64,000 bases of DNA, from contig OX597817.1 in assembly GCA_951406725.2 (NCBI GenBank), positions 127,038,001 to 127,102,000 on the forward strand. The letters are read 5' to 3'. The stretch comes from Octopus vulgaris (Eukaryota). Positions 52,957 to 64,000 of the stretch are shown here, piece by piece. The stretch's first letter is position 1; each line of letters starts with the position of its first letter. The notes under the pieces are model-generated. The model saw nothing but the letters and a program-made list of their open reading frames with translations. It was not told where the DNA came from and made no database searches. Made by a program: the position numbers and the translations under genes.

Positions 52957-53989
52957 ATTGTCTGTAAGAGTAATTCCAGAGGAGCTGATATGGCGGTGAA
53001 GACAATGAAACTTGATAAATTCATAAATACATAGGTACGAATGAGTAATGAACGAAAAGAATATGGATGAGGGTAGCAGAGTAGGAATCCACGCTGAGAT
53101 AGAGAAAATAGTACAAGGATAAGAGTGAGAGCAAGTGTTGCTATGATAGCTAAGTAATAAGTAAGACTTTAACCACAATTTTGAGAAATCATAAAGACAT
53201 TACGTAATGAAAACAGGTTGAATAAATTTTATGCACATGAGAACCTATTCAGTAATGGAGTATTATGTTGTAGAAGAAAAGCGAGCTAATTCCCGAAACG
53301 CACCTTACAAACACATAGGTTGGTGTTGTACAAGGAAGCGCAACACACTATAGATCAATACAAGGTATAGGGAATATTCTGGGATTCGTGGGATTCGAGG
53401 TGTTGTACGTGGAAAGTTTATATTCTCCATTTGAAAATGAATGCATGTGAGCCGTGTAGCTCTGTTTGAAATTACCAGTGATACCGATTTAGACATTAGC
53501 CAGGAGGAAATATTAGGTCGTTACACGGCATTTATGTACATTACAATGTAAACAAATTCCACCTTACAAATACACCTGGGCGACCGAACAGTTACATGTT
53601 TTTCCATTACCGAATTTCTTCCTCGCAAGAGTTCCGGATAAACCTAACACGCAGCATGAAACACAGAGGAGAGAGCAGCAACACCGCACACCCTCACTCA
53701 CCTTTTAACACATCATAAGAGTTTTCAAGTAGTAAATGGGTAACAAAACCTGTATGAATGCTCCAGCATGGCCGCAGCTGTCCAGCTGAAAGTAGTAAAT
53801 AAAAAAAGTACCATCTGTTTATTCATTTCTTCTAATTATTTATGCGATAAACTGATGTTAGTTCTCATAAGCTGAAACTATCTATGCTAGCGTAAAACGT
53901 ATGACTATGCTATGAAATATATTTTTTATCGGAAGAAATAGTTGCGTTTTCGAAGATGACATTATAGACCAATATATAGCACTTTCAAT

Positions 53990-56007
53990 TATATAAGACT
54001 TTCAATTAGAAGATCAAAGAACTCGAAGCTTTTGAAGCAGACCTACTGGGCATTATGCTAAGCCTTAGATACCGTAAGTCCTCATCAACCTTTCAACGTA
54101 GACTTAGATCCAATATACACCTCCTTAAGAATAAAGATAGAACCCTACTACTTTCAGATAAGACAAATAACCTTCATAAGATAGATAATGACCACTACAA
54201 CAGGATCTTAGAGAACAACATCACATAAAAATATCGACGGGCCGCACCACATACCTATGATAACATCTATAATGAGGTTAAACGTATAGCCAGCGACCTA
54301 GACATCGCGGAGAGGGTCGAAATACTAGCTATATGTAATTCTTTTATAACTATCAAGGATCTCAAACTGAACTTCGCTTCCAACCTTAACTGCCGCCTGA
54401 TTAACCCTGCCAAATCCGAAATCGGACTGGTGAGTAGACACATCCAAAGAAGGGTTAATAAAGACATAAAGAAGGCATCTAACTTCTTTTCATGGTGTAA
54501 CACAATCGAGGTGTTACACTGGTTTGAACACTTTTAGAGTTAAGTTCATACAATTCGATATAGTAGACTTTTATCCATCGATATAGAAAATGTTACTTGA
54601 TAGGGCATTAATATATGCCAGACGAATTACCGACATAAGTGATAGAGAAATAGATATAATTATGCCCCCTAGGAAAACGCTACTGTTCAACCAGGATTCA
54701 ATCTGGGTCAAACGAACTGACCATCAAATCTCCTTCGACGTCGTGATGGGGGCACATGACAGCACTGGTATTTGCGATCTTTATAGGGTTTTACATTCTG
54801 GACACCCTGGGTAATAAATTCCCCTCTGTCTAATTCGGCTTATATAGAGATGATGCGTTAGCCATCTCCAGTGATGCTAACTGCCACATATTAGATAGGC
54901 TTAGAAAAGACATCATACACATTCTCAAAAACCTTGGCTTTAAACTCATCATACAGACCAACCTCACTGTGGTGAACTTCTTGGATGTCATGTTTGATCT
55001 AGTTAGTGGCACCTACATACCGTACTGCAAGACGAATGATCGGCTATCATACATTAATACAGCCTCCTGCCACCTACCCATATTATTCAAAAGCCTAATA
55101 AAAGGTAAATAAATGGTTTTCGATCTTATATTCAAATAAAGATATTTTCGACGCAGCGGATCCCGCTTGCAATAAGGCGGTAGCGGCCAGCGAGTTCAAG
55201 GACCGTATATATATACACCAGGATTGAGCAACCATAAAAGGAAACGCCACTGCAAGACCTTATGATTCGCTCCCCACTTCTCCCTAATTTAGGGATATCT
55301 TTCAGTTATGCACCCAATATTAAAAAAATTATTTAGCACTCCTAAACCACAGACATGGGCAAGCTGTTCATGCAGGATTAGAAACGAATGCTCAGTGGAT
55401 GGCCGATGCAACACTGAGGCTACAAGTACTAAGCAAATGTAGCCTCAAACAGGAGCCGCATAAATATCAGTAACATCAATGCTAACGCATGGGCACACAC
55501 TAAAATTTACATCTGATCTTGTGAATCCAAATTTAAAATTTCAGGTTCCTGGAGAAATGAAACACAACTACGCATGCAGCATAGCTATACGATCATATGT
55601 TCTTTAGCATCAGGTGGAATTTATTAGAAACTTGTGGACCCCACCGCAATGGAACAAGACTATGTAAATTGTGCATGGCAGAAAATATATAATCCTTATA
55701 AACTCATATGAGCAAGGAAGCTACCTGAACTCCAGGACGGAAACCGTGGGGAGCTGTCCATATTTTCAGAAATGTTTACTTCACAGTTGAAAACCTAGAT
55801 ATCAAGCGAAGGAACAGAACACGCCCCACCATAATTTTTTCAAGGGAAAATTTCTTCAACTACTATCACCGGCGTTTTTGTGTTTTTAAAAATATTTCTT
55901 TGCAGAGAACAGTTATCGTTTAGTAAAATTGAAGATATGTCTACTTCACGATAGATATGAAACCAATGGTTTTTTTTCTAGAACTGTTACTTTGCACAGA
56001 GAGTAAT

Positions 56008-56010
<3 letters not shown>
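53990..56010 (+). mobile_element. Decayed Penelope-like retroelement (Naiad/Chlamys-type RT + GIY-YIG)
   Basis: SDKTNNL, TIKDLKLNFASNLNCRLINPAKSEIG, QFDIVDFYPSI, FDVVMGAHDSTGICDL, GLYRDDAL, VNFLDV, CSCRIRNECSVDGRC, KIYI*SCESKFK, CKLC, LNSRTE; ends at (TA)n. Confidence 0.88.
55925..55976 (+). ncRNA. Hammerhead motif in the 3' UTR of the Naiad-type PLE (H5, C3U variant)
   Basis: aaaa-TTGAAGA-t-ATGTCTA-cttcacga-TAGATAT-GAAA-cca-a-tgg-TT-tttt. Confidence 0.55.
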
Positions 56011-56046
<36 letters not shown>

Positions 56047-57084
56047 TATAGATATTGAGCATTAATCAAAATCATGTGGCAAGTTATTATTAGTGTAGAA
56101 AGTTAAGGGTTTATGATGTCAAGTATCACATGCATGAAAATTATGATTCAATATTTACTATATTCTTCTACAGAAATTGCAACAATAAGGAGGTCAGAAA
56201 ACGTTCTTGATGTTGCAGTTAATGATAGTAAGTTGATGTCACTACATATAAATATTTTATAAACGTCTGATAAAACAAATGAACAAATGTGCATGGTACT
56301 GCTTCAAGTTTTGAAAAAATACTGCTAAATCATTCCGAAGTCAATATCTGAAGTATTTTGAAAAACATAAAAATATCTATTTGATAACGAAATCTATGTC
56401 AGGAAATGTAAGATGCCAAAAATCTGGGAGATTTCAATCATTGTCTGCAATTTGAATTATGAGAGGGAAAACTACTGTCACCTTCAGATGTACGATAATA
56501 GTATTGTACACCTAAATCTAGTAGAATCAAATTAAATTTCAAACTGCAGTCATGTCGTTTTCTTTATACGTGTAATATAAATCTTAATTCTAAATATTTT
56601 GTAAAGTATTTTTTAGGATAATCGACCTAAAGAAAAAAGTATCCATGTTCTATTATTTTATCAGATTTTCCAGTATGAAACATGTTTATAACTGATATTA
56701 CTTTTGAAATCCCCCTGTATTTATCTATCACTTACATGTTTGTCTGGCTTAACTTTAAAATTCAAACAAAAAAAATCTAAAATTCAATCGTTAAAAATCG
56801 ATAATATAAAGATAAAAAATATATATGAATTGAAACATTTGTGTGCAATATTTATATTTCAATTGTCAATACTGCATTAATATCATGTCTGTTTGAAAAT
56901 ATTGAAGAGAAATGCTTTTATATGTACGTATAAAATTTCACACATATATATATATCTTCTTTCTTGATAAATCGTTTTTACTGCTACTGTGATGCAAAAC
57001 ACAGTCTCAGACACAGTTTATACACACACATATACACATAGACCCATATGTAAATGCATATAGTGTGTATATGTGTGTGTGTAT

Positions 57085-57124
<40 letters not shown>

Positions 57125-60100
57125 ACGAGGTAAAATATTTGAAAGAAATAGGCATTACATTTCATGCAAATTTCTAATAACTTAGATTTTATTGAAGAAT
57201 TTAATCACCTGGCAATTCTCAAAACGTTAAATTTAGTTTCCCTGCATCTCCTAAAAAATACGTGTGTCTGTGTAGTTTCAAATACATTTTATTGTTTATT
57301 TTATTAAAGAAATGAAATTCTGAACCTAAACTTTGTTTACTGGATGCACTCGTTTACTGATGATTCAAGAAATATGCTTATGATCGGACAAGAATATATC
57401 GTTTGAAATATATAACTTTAGAAAAAAATGACTGTGTGAATATTATGAATATTTTGCAAAATCAGAGATAGTCTTGTTTTCACTTATATCAACTACAACT
57501 TTTAATTTCTTTCCAACGATCGAAGGGTAATTTTTGAGTACCTAGCTTTCCTAGATACGTGCACAAAAATGCACATTTTATTAAGTATTTTAATTAGCCA
57601 ACATGCTCAATTTCCTAGGGAATTGCAAGTATTTCTTGGGAATTAGCGCCTATAAATACTTTTTTATATTGTTTTACCCGTTGTTTGGGAAATTATTTCA
57701 GGTGTAAGATGCTACATCTATCACATGTTTCTGTTGATTCAACCATTTTAATATCAAATATTCCATACTTATCATTTCACGTTGGACACTGAGGAACTGA
57801 ATACTCTATGTTATGAAAGACTAACCAGTTAAAATTTATTCGTTTGAGTTTTGTTAACAAACGAAATTTGATTGAGATCTTGTAGAATCTGAGAATCATG
57901 AAACTGCAGAAGCGCTGTATCGAGTATAACCTGTGTCGAGGAATACATGCATTCAAAAGAAAAAAAGTAAATCAAGTTCATTAAAGGCTGTATAAAATGA
58001 TTTTTAAATTTAACAAATATTGTGCCAGTAAGGATATCTGTACTACATTCAATGCTCTTAATGCGTTACAAACTCTGCGTGTTCTGCTAGCGTGATGGCG
58101 ACACTGGTTCGAGATGGGTAATGGAGATGCATACATTCGTTTTTAATGTGTTTACTTTTAGGCCGCAATATATCGCTAACAATTACTCAGGGACAGTCAG
58201 TAAAATAGCATTATATATGAAAAACATCTTAGTATCATGTGTGTGTGCTACCGGTATACATGTGTATAAAAAAATCATAAACAGGATTTAGAACTACTAA
58301 ATACCATGATAGTAAGCAATAAAGTATATTCGTGATTTCGTTTTCTACTGAACAATGTACAAATATACATTTTATAGCTGACGAAATATAAGAAACGGTA
58401 TCAAGTCATGTGGTAGTTCAAAATAATTCTTGCAGTATTCGAACGATCTTATTTCCTATCATATTAGTAAAAGATGTTTTAAGTGAAAAGCTGTCAATTA
58501 TTTAATGTAAGGCTTCTAGTGCACTTCACAGCTTGTGTCCTCGAGACAGTTGGATCAATTGATTTCGGTTCTAACGTAATTTAGATTTGATGGGTAATGT
58601 GCATAATTATTCTTTTTCTATTTTAATCTGACCTTTGAATATCATTTTCAATGCTATACATTCTGTTTAAAATTGCTACACTAAATTCATGTTACCTATT
58701 CTCTGCTTCGATCTATATTTTATTTATCATGATTTCTGTTTAAATTTTACTGATATTAATTTTGCATCACTATTTCCATCTTCTCGATCGAATTTTCTTG
58801 GTAATATTATTTTTATAAGACTGCGAACTCATACAAAAATAAAACAATTCCATTTGTTCTGGGTTAATATCAGAATTACGCTTGTCCTGGATGATTCTAA
58901 CTATGATATAAATTACATCTTGTTTATTTTTGACATACATTCACAGACAACTGGGGCGCTTATTACCAAAATATGAAAGCGGTTTAACTTACCAACGAAT
59001 GTCATTCTACATAAATAATCCTCGTGTAGTGGATTCATCGTGTTACTACCACGCATTTCTATATTCTAAATCAACAACGCATTTCTTTTTGATGCATATG
59101 TGATGTATTTATATATTTATGTTCACATCGCTTTCGTGATCTTTAGAGATTGACATTTTATAGAGAATTTGTCTGTTTTAACAAACATCATATATCAAAG
59201 ATAATATACATTCAAGAGAAAGCGTTTGAAATAGTACATTTTATTTCGTTTATTAAATCATAAAGTTGTGGTGTTCTTTGCATAAATACAGATTACAGAT
59301 AACAATGATGATTTCAAAATGAATACACAGATATTGGGTTTAAGTTCGTATTTTATATTTCATCGAATAGTATATGGAATCGATTAATCGGAACTCACTA
59401 TGATATCAATATGGAGCGTGAAGAAAGCATATCATATCTCAAATCGGAAGGATACAATATTTAGGCACAGTGTTTAATAATAATGTAAATGTTATTTTAT
59501 CAGTCGTACACTTCAAACATCGCCGGAAAAAAAGACCTATATTTTGAAATATATTTTTGCTTCAAAAGCTCATCCATCTTTAATAACAAATATATAACAA
59601 AATGAATTATTAGTACTGAGAAATTGACAAAAATAAAACAACTAATATAAAACCTATTTGAGTCAGTTGCATTACTAATCCTATTGAATATCTAAGTATT
59701 TTAAGAGAGCTTGATACTCTTCATGATTCTATCGACTTTCCATTGACCCTATATAAGTATCTTTGTCCCTACTCAAGCTATTAGTGAAAATATTGATTAT
59801 GTTGTTATCTACCAGGTCAAAGTTGCCATGGCTTAAGACCAAATCACACATTAATATATATAAGAGAATGTGAAAATAAAGAGTTGAGAGCTAAGAACTG
59901 CAACGCAAAATTCATCGTTTAATGAAAGAATATCGTCCAAAAATAGAAAATATATTACGGGCATTTTAAAAGAACATATATATCTTTAGCGATACATGAA
60001 ACTATTCAAGCACAATCATAAACGTACATTTATTTCCCATGGCCATACTTTTAAAAGCTGGAACTTCGTGCAGATGAATGTAAACCATTATAGAACTGAT

Positions 60101-60299
60101 TAAAAATTTTAAATTACAAGTCACAATGCACTATTACCATTAATATTTTAACATAACTTGTACGAGATCATGAACTAAATTGTTGTCATGTATATTATCT
60201 TTATTTCACAGATGTTCGTTAAATTTAGTCGAAGAAACCATATATGTATAACAATATTTAAGTTTCCCTACTTACTGTGTCATAGAAAATTTAGAATAT

Positions 60300-60428
60300 A
60301 GCAAGTGGTTTGGCCCAATCGCCTAGCCAGTGGGGTGGTGTCATTTGAAGGCTAATAAATGTAAAGGTGCATTGTGACTAGTGATGCGTAACTGCATCGG
60401 ATAGCCTGGTCGGTCATGTGATCACCAT
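60300..60428 (+). mobile_element. Probable 3' fragment of another SINE-like repeat
   Basis: GC-richer island ending gcctggtcggtcatgtgatcacc directly before (TA)n; single copy in window, recognition from memory only. Confidence 0.35.
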
Positions 60429-60439
60429 ATATATATATA

Positions 60440-60499
<60 letters not shown>

Positions 60500-60502
<3 letters not shown>

Positions 60503-61435
60503 GGCGTTTGAAAGTGTTAATGTGATATTTAAAAAAATTTATTTCAAATCCACTTGTTGAAGATTTTAACGAAATTTCCACAGAAAAATGGCAACAGTTA
60601 CATGCACGTAGTGAGTAAAAAATGTGAGGTTTGGCGCAAGTGTAAACAAACTGTGACTATTTGCATGATTTCAACGAACTTTCAGCGTTGCAAATTATTA
60701 GAAAATGGTCTGGTAATCATGTAATTATGGGTCGCAAATGTGATTTAAGTGCTTCAGAGAAATGTGTTATTACTTCTCAACTTGTAAAAGGTAAATCAAC
60801 ATTAGATATATCTAAAATAAAGCGAAGATATCACCAAACTGTGAAAACGATTGATACAGCTCCTACGAAGATACGAAAGAGACACGATTAGGATCAGTTA
60901 AGAGTTGTTTCTCAACATGCCCTACTACGAATTAAGCTTGGAACTGTAAAGAAGCCAGTTCTCAAAAGTGCATAATTTTTCAAGCGCATTGGTGAAAGAA
61001 CTCTCAAGAACTACCCGATGTCGTCGTCTGAAACAGGTCGATAAAACATTAACACCATTTATAAGGCCGCCTATATGCAAAATATCCAGATATAATCGTC
61101 TGAAATAGGTAGGAGATAACATGAATGTCGATTTTCAACAGTTTTGTTTACGGGCGAAGCTCATGTTACCCTTAATGGACCTGAAGGCTGGAGCAAGGGA
61201 TGGGTTGTAAATGGAGGAGATCATCATCAACGCTTGAGCCGCCAACAAGTGGGAGGTAGCATCATAATTTGGACAAGTTTATTCGAAATATTATAGTTGG
61301 TCCTCAGAAAGTGCCGTGCTAAAATAACTGCAAACGCTTACATAACCTTTCTGAAGGATCACTTTGAACTTTGGTTAAAGAAGCAAAGGGTCACGTTCAA
61401 GAAAATTATAATATTCGTGCAAAACAACTATGGCA
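60500..61435 (+). mobile_element. Tc1-like transposon relic (5' end and most of transposase)
   Basis: Starts after (TA)n; MGRKCDLSASEK.. HTH at 60728; VLFTGEAHVTLNGPEGWSKGW, RQQVGGSIIIW, IFVQNN motifs; stops and frameshifts. Confidence 0.85.
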
Positions 61436-63149
61436 ACTAAACTTAGTGATGATCATCAGTAAAAGTTTCTTAAAGAAACTTGAAAGTCACGATGATTTTT
61501 ATATTATACAGTCAGAAAAAAAAACATTATGTATCATGGTAGAAGTTTTGAGGTTGATTCCTGTTTTCGAAGGGCATTAGTGAGTTCAAGGATTTGTGCA
61601 AACAGTTAGAAATTCTACGAGAGAGCGCCATCTCACGAAACGCCAAAAACCTCCTCCTAATCTTGGATTATTATTGAATATACACTTATTATACCAAGTG
61701 CTTTTAGCACTAACAGAAGCAGAACAATTCAGGTCGCACTAAAGTAAGTTATCTATGCGATAAATCTGATGTACACTAAGTATGTAGCTATATATCAATA
61801 TCTAGAAATTAAATTGATTGAATATGGAAAGCTAAAAATAAAAATGATTTAATTTTTCTTTCTAAACTGTTAAGTTGTTGATTTAATGAAAATACCCGTG
61901 TCCATTGTACCGGAATAATGTTTAATTAATTGAACACTGAATTTGTTCCTGTCTCATCAACTACTGGAATTCCAGCCTATCATATGTAATTCCATTAAAA
62001 GCGTATTGCGTAAGCTGTATTTTCTCACACTGCTTGCAACTAATAGTGTTGTATCTTTATTTATGGGCGCTATGCATCATTCTGTCAACAGATAAAAACT
62101 ATTTAAGGCTAATTTATTTAAGAGTATCTTCAATATCTCTACATAGAAGGATTATGCGCAGAAAACTTAATATGATTGGATTCGACATGGCTAGAGATTT
62201 TGCGCAGAACTTTGCAAATGTAATTGAAACCAATTTTTTTTTTGTTTATGTTTACATTTAAAAGAATAAAATTTGGCAAAAAAATACAATTCAAACTCAA
62301 TCTTTGCAATTTTATGTCGAAGTTTAAAATAATAGATGCCAGAGGAACCCAATTTTTTGTGGTTAAAATAACCTTCCTATTACTGTAATATATAATTATT
62401 AAATAACTATATTCACCATGTAAGTATCTATTCAAATATACTTCTAAATGTATGTTAGATTTGATACCATTAGCATTCAGGATAAAAATGATGCAAGAAA
62501 CATATAGAGAAACAAACGTATTATCTCTATAAATTCGATTTACTTCAGGGAACGGGCACATATTTTTGATAAGAGGCTGCAAGCAATGATAATAATTTGA
62601 TGTGGGCCGCACTCGTAGACTGAACATTATTTAGTGCATTATATACTATAATTAATAAATATAATAATAACAAAATATGGAATATATGAACTGAGGTTAT
62701 TTCTTTTAGAAGACACTTTTTAGTTGATGAATACACTAATATGGGTATTTTTTTATATATATACCACAAACGCTGTAGTAGCTATAAATAATGATCATAT
62801 TTTCAAAAGATATTTCTTTGTTGCCGCATATATTTTTTCTAACCAACTTTATCTTTGTTTGTTTGCTTTTTGCTTCATAATATAGAAATTTATTGTTCTT
62901 AGCAAAATTTAACTTTCTGAACTCACATTTCCGTCTGTTCTGCAAAATTCACAGCATTCTGGATAATTTTTGCTGCAGAGCTTCTTGATTTTGAATTTCA
63001 TAATTACAGTAAAAGTTACATAGGAAATGGAGTGTGTTAGCTAATTAAATTATTTAGTTAAATATGCAAACTTTGTGCCGTATTTGGGTAAGGCAAAATC
63101 GTAATCTAATTTTACATATTAAAATTTAATCCTGTATAGAATTCCCATC

Positions 63150-64000
63150 ATTATTTATAACTTGCTACCCTGTTCATCAGTGTCTTAATTCCAATGGTAA
63201 AAAACTCTTTTGGTTTTGCTGAGAAGAAACGAGGTCAGTTTCGACCTCATTTGGGGATTTTTGAGTAATAATCCATCTTAATCATTCTGTAAGCTTCCAA
63301 ACGAATGGCAATCTGAAGTAACGAGATTGGGAGAATGAGGTGAGTGGGAGATTTGTTTTCCAGCTAAATTCTTCGGTTTTTTCTGGTGTAATCTTTGTTG
63401 TGTGGGGACTTCTATTATCATGACGAAACCCCACTAACTTACAATTCTCCAAAGTAGGCATTTTCCCTTCAAAGCAGTATCCAAACGCTCTAATTGTTGG
63501 CAACCGGATGTAAGCGGTAACTGTTGCATTAGTTGATAGTGGCTCAAAGTAGATGTCTCCAGTGCAATCCCACCAAACATAATGAAGAACCGTCTCTGCA
63601 TTGAGCTAATTTTGAGGTTGTATTTTAGTCTGTCCTCCACAAATAAGCCATTGCTTCGGTCGTTTGACATTTTCGTAAAAGTTCCATTTTTCCTCACAAA
63701 TCACAAATCCAAAAATGGTGATGTATGTTCGACAGGGATGAAATGAGCAGATGACTTCTCGTGATTTTTGGTTGGTTTCTGTGAAATCTTGGGGAGCCTA
63801 CTTTCCGTGTTTAGGCAACTTTCAAATCTTTTGAAGATGGCACTGAACAGTTGAATGGCTTGAATCGAGCTTGCCTGCTAATTCTTCCACTGCTACAGCA
63901 CTCAAATTCTGCAAAAGAATCACATCATTCGTGGTCTCTCTCATAGGCTGAAATAACCATTTTTGAACTTTGCAAACAATCTTCCTCAATTTCTTTCGTT
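63150..64000 (-). mobile_element. Mariner (D,D34D) transposase relic
   Basis: FRHDNRSPHTTKIT..EEFSW...PHSPNLVTSDCHSFGSLQN is a decayed HDNARPH...YSPDLAPSDYHLFRSLQN. Confidence 0.8.

Noticed and set aside
55500-55540. In-frame TGA in the Naiad-type PLE as a selenocysteine codon (some Naiads encode selenoproteins)
   Set aside because: The TGA replaces the Gly of YIG, not a Cys; the visible Cys motifs use TGT/TGC and the element has many other disabling mutations
62350-62960. Possible hAT transposase C-terminal relic on the minus strand
   Set aside because: Only a vague resemblance (FVSLYV...IKSN); no TIR or clear catalytic motif

Overview
AT-rich, microsatellite-saturated eukaryotic non-coding DNA (intergenic or large intron). 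I could not support any host protein-coding exon, and most listed ORFs are translations of simple repeats. The repeat content resembles an octopod cephalopod genome (inferred from recalled SINE families, not verified). The window holds decayed mobile elements: three large Penelope-like elements (PLEs) of different types plus fragments, a 5'-truncated CR1-like LINE, several 3' ends of RLE-type (R4/Dong-like) LINEs sitting in (TAA)n, two Tc1-like and two mariner-like relics, a probable Merlin relic and at least three SINE families. The most notable signal is eight minimal type-I hammerhead ribozyme motifs (intact or decayed) in five sequence families. Seven lie in short non-coding PLE pseudo-LTR/retrozyme-like elements and one at the 3' end of a PLE. 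Most have loop-less palindromic helix III and an extra base after CUGANGA. Other highlights: a PLE 3' region with five CCAAT+CRE modules at an invariant 12-nt spacing ahead of a TATA box, and a ~555-bp non-coding element that appears to target (TAA)n like Dong/R4.
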